Of a stretch of DNA of 64,000 nt, positions 24,447 through 36,373 are shown in pieces. Where the stretch lies: NCBI RefSeq assembly GCF_001194135.2, contig NC_068981.1:194666937-194730936 (forward strand), given 5' to 3'. Under the pieces are notes generated by a model that saw only the letters and a program-made list of their open reading frames with translations, had not been told where the DNA came from and searched no databases. The stretch is from Octopus bimaculoides (Eukaryota). The position numbers were made by a program, and so were the translations under genes. How positions within the stretch are numbered: the stretch's first letter is position 1; every line of letters starts with the position of its first letter.

Positions 24447-27400
24447 CACACACACTCACACACACAACTAGCTTCTTTCAGTTTCCGTCTACTAAGCTCA
24501 CTAAAAGGGCTTTGGTTGGCCCAGGGTTATAGAAGAAGATACTTTGCCTAATGTACCACATGGTATGACTGAACTCAAGACCACAGGATTGGGAAGCAAG
24601 CTTCTTAACCACACAGCCACACCTGTGTGTGTGTGTGTGTGTGTGTCTTGACATAAATGTGCTAAATGTAAACAAAATATTTTAACAATTTTTCTTTTTA
24701 TACAATTCCTAATAATAATTCATTACAAAAGTTTAATAGGATTTTTTTTAAACACCAAATTATTATGAGGTGGGTGGAGGTGGCCATGTAATTAAATAGG
24801 GACCAAGGGTAAAGAATAATTGAGAACTGCTGATCTAACCCATGCAAGCATGGGAAAGTGGATGTTAAAACAATGATGACGATGATGAGAGCTAACAAAT
24901 CTCTAAGATTTTTGAGCATCTTCAATTCCTTTCTTATTTTGGCTCCAGTTCTTATCCAACATCCACCTCTAACATTAATTAGATCACCCAGGTAACAGAA
25001 ACAACCAACTCTTTGTAGTGAGTTATCTGAGTAGCTCAGGTACTCATCTCTTAGGCACCTCTACATCTAATCACTCCTGCATATCTATCTGTTCATGAGG
25101 TACTCTGTTAATGAAGTACCTTGTTCATGAGGCACTTTTTTCATGTGGTACCCTGTTCATAAGGTACTCTGTTCATGCTGTACCCACATCATGAGGCACT
25201 TTTTTTTCATGTGGTACCCTGTTCATGAGGCACTCTATTCACAAGGTACTCTGTTCATGAAGCACTTTTTCATGTGGTACCCTGTTCATGAGGCACTTTT
25301 TTTCATGTGGCACTCTGTTCATGAGGTACCCTGTCCACGAGGTACTCTAATCATGAGGTACTCTGTTCATGTGGTACCATGTTCATGATGTACCCTGTTT
25401 ATGAGGCACTTTTTTCATGTGGTACCCTGTTCACGAGGTACTCTGTTCATGAGATACCAGTTCACGAGGTACTCTGCTCATGTGGTACCCTGTTCATGTA
25501 GGAGATAAAAATGCTGAAGTAAATAAATAAAAGATTTGTAAAACAAACAAAATCAACAACAACAACAAAAGATATAAAAAAAACAATACGAAGCAATAAG
25601 CATGTTGTTACCTTTGGAGTAAAGGCTTGTCTTGTGTGTTGTTTGGTGCTTGACCGGGGATGGCTTGAGGGGTTAACGGGGTTTGGTCGTGATGCACTTT
25701 CTTCTTTCACCGGCCGTGCACTTGAGGACTCTTTGCTTGGCTGACTGTCACATTCCATTTTCTCTTCTTTCACCGACCCAGCTGGGTCCTTTACTGCTTT
25801 CTCCTGGTGTGGGTCGGCTGGTCTGCTCGGTGTGGCTGCTGTGTCCCCCTCGGACGTCAGAGAACTGTTTAATGTTGAAACAACAGGAACAATGTTGGGC
25901 GAATTGATCACACTGCCTGAATCTGAAGCAGTGTCAGTGCTTTCACTGCCGGGGCCAGACGAGCCCCCAAAACGGGTTTCAATTTTAAGAGGTTTCGTCA
26001 CATCCGTAGAGGACACAGTTTTCGGCAGAGTGACCTCCCCTTCCCTGTCATCAGTGACTGCGATGTGTATTTTGACGTTACTTTCTTTAACGGTGTGTAA
26101 CTGGTGTCGTTGTAGGTTCTCTGCAGAAAGTCTAGTAACATCAGCTTTGGTGGAATGTGGGGGTAAGGTCTGAGGAGGCTGGAGGGTAGCGGATGGAGGC
26201 TGGGGGTTAGGATCTGTTAAGTTATTTTCAGTCTCTTTATCCTCCATTGGTTTCACCTCCTCCAGGATGGGGCTCTTGGCATAATTATGACTGTCGAGAG
26301 CAGCAGGAAGCCTTGCAGTGATCGTGGTCACAAGAGGAGCAGTGCTGGTAGCTGAAGTGGAGGACACTGAAGTGGTGGCATTAGAAGTGTCTTCTGGGGT
26401 GGCTTTGGTCTCGTTTGGTTGTGTTTGGGAATTCAGTTTGGAAGCAGGGTTAGGGTTCTGTTGAGCTGCAGATTTGGAATCTGTGTTTGCGTTTCCTTTG
26501 TCGGAGCTCTGATGAACTGGAGACATGACTTTCACCATCTGTAAATAACGGCATTAACAAACAAGAGAGAATAACAGAGAAAATAGTGGCAAAGATATGA
26601 AGAGCAATTACAATATCAACAACACACACATTACATTCTCTTTCACAATGTTCATGTATTTACACAAACACATACACACATATACATACATACATGTATA
26701 TATATATATATACATCTGACTCACCTACTCTATATCCTACCCTTCTCCCTGTTTTAACTCTACAGCAAGACACCTACTCCTGTCCCTTTATACCTTTAAC
26801 CTTTCATCGACTGGCACAAAACTCCCCTCTTCTCCTCAATACTACTCCCCACCGCCTCTTGGTTGAGGGGATTTTATTTTGCAAGTTGGTGACCCTGTTG
26901 CTGCTGGTGCCACGTAAAAAGCACCCAGTACACACCGTAAAGTGGTTGTTAGCATTAGGAAGGGCAACCAGTTGTAGAAACCACGCCAAAACAGACAATT
27001 GGTGCCTGGTGCAGCTCCCGGCCTTACCAACTCCTGTCAAACTGTCCAACCCAGACTGGAAAACAGATGTTAAATGATGATGATGATGATATCAGGATAA
27101 ATATCAAAGAAAGGAGTTGGAAAATCATTTTAATACTTCATTTACAACCATTCCATCGTTATCCAATACAATCAATCTTGTGTAATGCTGTAATCATTCC
27201 TGCAGCTTTTGATTAATTTTAATATGCCACATAGACTTTCTCTTATAACACATGTTCAACATAATTCCTTGGAATTCTGTAAAAAAATACTATGCCAGTT
27301 GGCTCTGAAATTTCCTAAAAATACACACTCCAAGTTGGGTGTGTCCACAAGGGAATATCTTACTATAATTGGCTTCATGTCTGTCCATCTGTCTGTCTGT

Positions 27401-28467
27401 CTGTCAATGACCTTTTCATGGTCAAACGACTGGTTACACTTGCATGAAACTTGGCAGTCTTACTAAGGACGTCTTGAGAATAGTTTATATCATGTTTAAA
27501 ATATTTTATTGGAAAGATTTGCTACACTGTTTCGATTCGTATGAAACTAAGGAAGCCATTTCCGTATACATAAATAAAAATAAATTGTATGGAAATCAGC
27601 CACAGTAACAAAACAGAACATCTTATTAATGGTAATTTTTTACTGGGTACCTCAGCTAGTATATATNNNNNNNNNNNNNNNNNNNNNNNNNNNNNNNNNN
27701 NNNNNNNNNNNNNNNNNNNNNNNNNNNNNNNNNNNNNNNNNNNNNNNNNNNNNNNNNNNNNNNNNNNNNNNNNNNNNNNNNNNNNNNNNNNNNNNNNNNN
27801 NNNNNNNNNNNNNNNNNNNNNNNNNNNNNNNNNNNNNNNNNNNNNNNNNNNNNNNTATATATATATATATATATATATCATCATCATCGTTTAATGTCTG
27901 CCTTCCATGCTAGCATGGGCTGGGCAATTTGACTGAGGACTGGCAAGCCAAGGGGCTGCACCAGGCTCCAATCAGATTTGGCAAGATCTCTACAGCTGGA
28001 TGCCCTTCCTAACGCCAACCACTCAGAGAGTGTAGTGGGTGCATTTTACGTGCCACCAGCATGAGGGCCAGTCAGGCGGTACTAGCAACGGCCACGCTCA
28101 AATGGAGTTTTTCACGTGCCACCTGTACAGGAGCCAGTCCAGCAGCACTGTCAATGACCTTGCTCGAATGTTTTCCTGTACCACCGGCACAAGTGCCAGT
28201 AAGGCAACGCAGGTAACGATCACGCTTGAATGGTGCTTTTCATGTGCCACCGGCACGGGAGCCAGACAGCTGCTCTGGCAACGATCCTGCTCAGATGGTG
28301 CTGTTAGCGCTCTACTGGCATGGGTGCCAGTCATCAAATTTGGTTCGATTTCGATTTCACTTGCCCCAACAGGTCTTTGCAAGTAGAGTTTAGTGTCCAA
28401 CGAAGGAAAGGTTGGCATGGGCGCCAGTTGTCGAGTTTGGTTCGATTTTGATTTTGATTTCACTTGC

Positions 28468-28509
<42 letters not shown>

Positions 28510-31500
28510 TACATAAATTTTCATAAACCCAAAGGCTGAAAAGTTACAATAATAACCATAATAATATATTATGATAATATATATGCTCCGATTATGTCAC
28601 TTTAATTGGAGTATCATCATAATCATCATCAATTAACGTCTGTTTTCCATGCTGGCATAGGCTGGACAGTTTGACTGAGGTCTGTAGAGCCAGTGGCTGC
28701 ATCAGGCTCCAGTGTGTGTATATATATATATATATATATTTATATGTGCGCAATCACATATATCTGTTTGACACATGTATGTGTGTGTAAGTGTTTATAG
28801 AGATATGTGCGTGTGGGTGTGTGCATAAGTGTATATTGATATACACGGATATAAGTAAACAATGATAAGTATATAAACATACAGAGTCATATATACAGGG
28901 AAAACAGACAGATTTATAAAAATATATCGGGAGAGGATCACTTTTAATAATTACAAATAATATTATCAAAAGATTATTGTTATCAGAATTACGAGGGTGA
29001 GTGAAAAAGTAATGCCATTTTGTTTAGGACAGGTATAATTACCAACACAGGAACATGTATCATACATCAAAATGAAGCTGGTCCTCTGTGGATCACATCC
29101 CTACTTCTCAACATGGTCACCGCTTCTCTCAATAGCAATATTCCACCTTCAAATGAGAGCATGTATCCCTGCTCCATAGAATTCTGTTGATTGTTCTTTG
29201 AGCCACTTCTTCACTACCTCCACTCACCAGGTTTAGCGCCTTCAGACAATCATCTCTTCGGTGCCATGAAAGAGGGTTTGAGAGGCAAACATTATTCCAA
29301 TAATGAGGAAGTGAAAACTGTTGTGAAGAAGTTGCTCAAAGAACAGTCAACAGAATTTTACGGGGCAGGGATACATTGCTATTGAGAGAAACGGTGACTA
29401 TGTTGAGAAGTAGGGATGTGATCCACAGAGGACCAGCTTCATTTTGACGTTTGATACATGTTCCTGTGTTGGTAATTATACCTGTCCTAAACAAAATGGC
29501 ATTACTTTTTGACTCACCCTCAGAGTAGGACCTGACATCTCGATTCAAAATTTAAAACTATCTGCATTAACTCTGGATATTGTTATCAATATTTCATGTA
29601 AACTTCTAAACAGCTGCTATAATCACTAGAGATCAAAAGAAAAATATACGAGCTGTAGAGGACACAGTAGAGGAATGGCAATGGTGGTGGAAAGTAATGG
29701 AGGTGATGGTGGTGGTGGCGGTGTCATCATAATGGTGGTGCTGGGAGTTGAGATATTGGTGTGTTAAGTCGGCCAGTGTGGTTGGCACATTCATTTCCAT
29801 CCCTCTTCTCATCCAGTCACTTTCGTTCTTCTTCAATACATGACTCAACCATTTCAACCTATTTCTCTTCACAACGTCTGTTGCTGGAGAAAGAAAGATG
29901 ATGACTTGCAGAGTATGCTGGGAAATAAATCTCCAGATCAATAAACCCAAGAAACAACAACTATCTCCTGTAACTGTCTTCAGTTTTTCCTCTTCCTGGC
30001 ATAAACCCTAACTGAATTATACTGTGGCAGATTTTCTATGGTTGAATGCCCTTTCTGTCACCAAGCCTCACTTGTTTCCAACTGAGGTAATATTTACATT
30101 ATTTACATTTGATGGATATTTGTCCTCATCTTGTTTGTTGTTAACACAACGTTTTGGCTGATATACCCTCCAGCCTTCATCAGGTGCCTTGGGGAAATCT
30201 CGAACCTGGGTTCTCATTCCTAAGGTATTTTTCGATGTTATTATTATCATTATTATTCAGGTCACTGCCTGGAATCGAACTCGGAATCTTGGGGTTAGTA
30301 GCCCGCACTCTTAACCACTACGCCATATGCTCATGGGCATATGTTAATAATAACATCGAAAACTACCTTAGGAATGAGAACTCAGGTTCGAAATTTCCCC
30401 AAGACACCTGATGAAGGCTGGAGGGTATAACAGCCGAAACGTTGTGTTAACAACAAACAAGATGAGGACAAATATCTGTCAAATGTAAATAAAGTAAATA
30501 ATGTACTTAATTCCTCATCTCCTAAATATAGAACTCTAAGGTAATATTTCCCCATGACCAGACAAGCTTTTGTGGGAAACTGGCAATGATAGTGGCACTG
30601 ATTTACAAGGACTTAGGCTGCTAAAATTGTCTCAAGGGAAGAAATTCTCCTTAGGGACATCATCATCATCGTTTAACGTCCGCTTTCCATGCTAGCAGGG
30701 CTGGACGATTTGACTGAGGACTGGTGAACCAGATGGCTGCACCAGGCCCCAGTCTGCTCTGGCAGAGTTTCTACAGCTGGATGCCCTTCCTAACGCCAAC
30801 CACTCCGAGTGTGTAGTGGGTGCTTTTACGTGCCACCAGCATGAAGGCCAGTCAGGCGGTATTAGGAACGGCCACGCTCAAAATGGTGTATTTTATGTGC
30901 CACCCGCACAAGAGCCAGTCCAGGGGCACTGGCAACGATCTCGCTCGAAAATCCTACGACGGCCAGTCAGGCGGTACTAAGCTGCTTAGTATACCTCTAA
31001 TTAATAAATAATTAATTCCAGATTGAGGAAGCTTTGTGGCCAATTAGAGCAGCAAATATTAGACCATTTGCTGGTCTAATATAAGAAAAAACAAGTTTTT
31101 AGTAACCAACCATGAATGATGACTCAGTATTTGGAGCTGATGATTCACAACAATGCAGAAATGCATGCATCTTGCAATCCAATATCATTCATAGCCCAAT
31201 GGTGTGGTTTTTTCACAAATTTTGTGTATAAGGAGAATTCTTTTGTTTCTGGAAATAGTTTCTGCAGCCTATATCCTTCCATGTCCAAGTGTGCATGAAC
31301 CTATTAAATATGATTATACACACCTATATTTTATTCAATACTTTTTAGTGTGCCTGTAACTTTTACACACACACACATACACACACGTGATGGCTTCTTT
31401 TGCACATAACAGCACATGTACGGTTCAATGTTCTAATACAAGAACCAGAAATTTTTAGTGGCTGTGAAGAATGACCCAGCATCTATAGCTGACAAGGTGC

Positions 31501-33809
31501 AACAATGCAGAAATGCATGCATCCTACAATTCTCTTGAGACAATTTTAGCAGCCTAAGTCCTTCCATATCTAAGCCTACATAAACATGTTAAATATAGTT
31601 GTACGCACACACACACACACATATAAATATATAAATGAAAACCATGAAGAGAGTGGAGATTTATTCACATCCAAAACTTTTTATGATTAAAGTTTCCTAC
31701 AGTATATATAACACTGACCTACATATGTTTCTACTGCAGCAACTGCACAGCTCTGTATGCAATTATGCATCCTAGTCTGGGTTTATTATACCTAATATAA
31801 ATGCAACCACGTAATTTCCTATACCTAGAATTAATTGCTCTAATAAGATATTGACAGTGTTTGGCTGATTCGGGAAAATCATCATCATCATCATCGTTTA
31901 ACGTCCGCTTTCCATGCTGGCATGGGTTGGACAGTTCGACTGGGGACTGGCAAGCTGGGTGGCTGCACCAGACTCCATTCTGATCTGGCAAGGTTTCTAC
32001 AGCTGGATACCCTTCCTAATGCCAACCACTCTGAGAGTGTAGTGGGTGCTTTTTATGTGCCACCGGCACGGGAGCCAATCGGGGGCACTGGCATGGCCAC
32101 GTTTGGATGGTGCTTTTTACATGCCACCAGCACAGGAGCCAGTCAGGACGAAGGGGCTGGTAACAAAAGTTGATTCATATATTGTTTCATCATCATCGTT
32201 TAACGTCCATTTTCCATGCTGGCATGGGTTGGACGGTTCGACCGGGGTCTGGGAAGCCAGGAGGCTGCACCAGGCTCCAGTCTGATCTGGCAGTGTTTCT
32301 ACAGCTGGATGCCCTTCCTAACGCCAACCACTCCATGAGTGTTTCATTCACAATTCAAAAGGTTTTTAAGTTGAATTTCATAAAAAACGAGTCAAATAGA
32401 CCTGTAGCTTATGATGTTGCTTAACAATTTCACATCTCGCTTGAGTGTTTACATTTGGGGGGGAGGGGCACAGGTTTTACAACTGGATGCTCTTCCTGTC
32501 ACCAACTCCTTTACAGAGATTACTGCACTGGGTGTATTGTGCCAACATAAATATATAAATATAGGACAGACAAGGATGTACCTGAATCATATTAGCAATG
32601 TCGACACAAGCATCACAACAACCATGCACCAATGAACAGAAGACAAAGAGAGAGAAAGAAAAGTAGAAAGTTAAATTGCAAGTACCTTTGTATCCAGTAG
32701 CTTCAGAGTGTGGGGGGAATCGAGTGGTTTGGTGGGGGGGAAAAATATAAAGTAGGAAATAATTATTATAGACTTGTTTGTTGGTTAGATACTGAATGTT
32801 GGTGTATATTTGGAGGGTGTGTAACGTGTATATATGTGTATGTATGCATATATGTGTACGAGTGTATATGAATGGTTTAGATATATACATATAAAATATG
32901 TGTGTGTGTATAAATAAATAGTGGCTAGACAGCTAGTAGCCTTTACGTCACAACAGATTTCTTTGGAAACTGTCCGTCTGTAACAGGAGCTTTCTTTAAC
33001 CCTTCCCACAGCTCCTATGATGGACGGAACCAGTAACCCTAATGTCACAGTAACCAAGACATATAGCTTGGCAACAAGGCCTCACTACAATCAGGAAAAT
33101 TGTCTCAATTCCAAGCTAAGTTCCTCTTGACTAGCTCAATATCTTGGAAACACCCTTTGACCACAAGAGTAACATTATCCATCCAAAACTGACCACTCTT
33201 ACCAACAGTATGGAAAGAAATTGCCCATCTACACTAGTGACCCTTTAGGGTACATAGATTCGGCTACTAAATCCTGTGCATGACACCATAAAGACATGGC
33301 CCCTTTCCCTTATAAAACCCTACCAAAAATAGGATAGAAGAATGAGACATGGATGCAAGCCACATTGCAATGGGACAACCCGTATAGCAGTGGTGCTATA
33401 ATAAGATGCCCTCGGTGCCCTCTGTAAAGTGGTTGGTGTGAAGAAGAGTACTGAGTAGCATAAACGATGCCAAAGTGGAGTGAATGAAGAAAGCATGGAC
33501 ATACGTTGCTGCCAAACTGCATTGTTTAGTCCTCATCAAGAAGGGTCGGAACTCTGAGTAAACACTTATATACAGAGTAAGGGGAGATCTGTTGCTCCTC
33601 TTCATATCAAGCAGGAAAGGGCTTTGTAAGACAGACACAACACCAAAATTTGTCGGTTTTCAGTTGGTGTGTGTGTGTGTGTGTGTGTGAAAGATGAAGA
33701 AGACAAAGATGACCCATCTAATCCTTGACAGCAGAAAAACAGACATAAAAGGATGACGATGATGTTCATGAAATATATAACTAAGTTATATCTGTCTGTC
33801 TGTCTCTCT

Positions 33810-33849
<40 letters not shown>

Positions 33850-36326
33850 TAGTCATATCCAAAATCATGAAATTTAAGAGAGAAACTAGTCAACAAGTTC
33901 TAATACATAGCACAAAGAGAAGGTTTGTTAATGTTGTGTGATGAGAGGATAAGAGGCATGGATTTTTATCATGCTTTTTGCAAGATTTTATCATACTTTG
34001 CCAATATTCTTCTTGTTCTTGTTCGTTTTCTTCGAGTGACTGCTAATGAGACTGGATCTCATTAGCTTCATTTCACCCTGTGTATTATTGCCAATAACAT
34101 CGATGTAGCCGAGGGTCTTTGTTTTCTATTAAGGTGCAAAAGCCTTCAAAATACACAACCTGATACAGCCTGGTGATAGCAGTGGTCAGAAAAGCTTACC
34201 CGAAATGGAATAATAATAGTAGAAATGGTTGAGAAGGTGTCCATAAATCTCCTCTTTGGTTTTCGTGCTCACGGCTTGAGGGGTTTTGAGATTCTAGGGG
34301 AATGAACCATCAAGGTGATCTTAATGCTCCTTTTTCATTGTCCAGGTTTCTCCTCCATAGAAGACAATGCTCTCTGCTTATGTTCTGAAGAAGACAAACT
34401 TTATTGACATTTAAATCTTTGGTTGGCAGATGTTTTGGAGCTTATTAAAAGCACTATCAACTAGTCCCTTGCACGTAAGGAAGTCTTTTTGAGTGTCAGC
34501 AAAATAGGACCCTAGGTACTTGAAGTCACTGCCCTCCTTGAGCCAGGTGCCATTATTGGAATAAGAAAGCAAGCGGTTTTTATCACCATTGATGGTCATA
34601 TAAAGAGTGTTCTTTGTAAGGATCTTAGGATGCAGATAAATCTCAAGGAGGGGGTGAATGGCAGCACATACTTCTAGATAACACTCATCCAATCATACAA
34701 ACATCATCATCATTTAACGTCCATTTTCCATGCTGGCATGGGTTGGACGGTTTGCCTGGGGTCTGGGAAGCCAGCTGGCTGCACCAGGCCCCAATCTGAT
34801 CTGGTAGTGTTTCTACAGCCAGATGCCCTTCCTAATGCCAACCACTCCGAGAGTGTGGTGGGTGCTTTTTACATGCCACCGGCACAGAAGCCAGTCAAGG
34901 TGGCACTGGCACCATAAAGAGAATATTAAAAGTGATAGTAACGATGGAAGCTGGGAAGCATTACATGTGCGTATGTGTCTGTGAATGTATGTATGTATAC
35001 ACATTTGAGTCTCTCACCAAATATGTTTCTGTTAAGTCTACATCTGTTGCCGCCCTTGCTTCTTTGATACCTTGTCAATCCTTCTATCACTCACCTTTTA
35101 TTTTCTTGTACCATGCTGCCTGTGTAACACAGAGAAGTATGAAACTTGTTTGACTCTCTAATCCTTCTCACCTAGTCTTCTATCGCTCTACCATACTACC
35201 CCTACAGTAAGTACTGGACTTACTTGTATTCAGTACCCATTACCCATCACTACCATCCTTATAATTCTGCCATCGCAACTGTAGAAGGAACCTGAGGAAG
35301 AGGTAGACTCAGGAAGACATGGGACGAAGTGGGGAAGCATGATCTTCAGATGTGGAGTCTCACGGAGGCAATGACAAGTGATCATGACCTTTGGCGATTT
35401 GCTGTGCTTGAGAGAAGACCCATCAAGTGAAATGAAATCATAGCCATGGCCAGTTCCAGTGACACATAAAAGGGCACCCACTACACTCTTGGAGTGGTTG
35501 ATGTGAGGAAGGGCAGTGGTAGAAACCAAGCCAACTATGACTGGAACCAGTTCCAGTCAAACCATCTAAGCCATGCCAGAATGGAAAAAGGATTCTAAAT
35601 GGCAATGATGACTTGCTCATCATGAGAGGCCTATGTATAAGGACTTGCACTGGTTTTCTTTGTACCTGATGCACTCTACTATTTCTCTTTCTGTATTGCC
35701 AGTCATCACTCCCTCTCTCAGGCCCATTTGTTATTAACATCCACAAATCTATCTTACCACTGTCCACCTATAGACGTGTCGATTGTGCTTACTTCCTTCT
35801 CATCACCGTTTCTACCACATATTCCTACTCCGGCCACCTACAAATTCTAGTTCTTCTGTCATCACTTCACTCTCTCTCTCTTCTATTCATCTTTCCTTTC
35901 AGTTACATTCCTATGACAATATCATAACAGAGTAAAAACTCTTTAGTCTTACAGAATACAAGGCAACCTCACTAGTGCTGGTGCCAACATAAAATACATC
36001 CAGCACACTCTGTAAAGTGGTTTGTGAATGAGCAGGCGCAATGCTAGGTAAGAGGACCCTTTACTCTTGCTGGTGCCAGAACAAAATGCATTCAGGGCAC
36101 TCTATAGAGTAGTTGGTGAGAGAAAGGGCATCAATCATAGAAACCAACTTAGAAATGAAACATGAGTGAGACGAGATACTCTGAACCATTTAGGAGGGCA
36201 GTAACCCTGAGTAGGAACTGACTTGAACTGTAATGACCCATCCAAGCTTTTCCTGCAAGGAAACGGGACATAAAATGATGATGAAAATGGTGACGATGAT
36301 GCTGGTGGTGATAATGATAGAAGCTA

Positions 36327-36373
<47 letters not shown>

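Larger units (their letters stand above)
30096..30538. mobile_element. Head-to-head palindromic tRNA-head/hammerhead element, copy 2
   Basis: Hammerhead in both arms; tRNA-like head at 30260-30326 (-); centre ATATGCTCATGGGCATAT; flanking AGGTAATATTT at 30085-30095 and 30539-30549. Confidence 0.8.
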
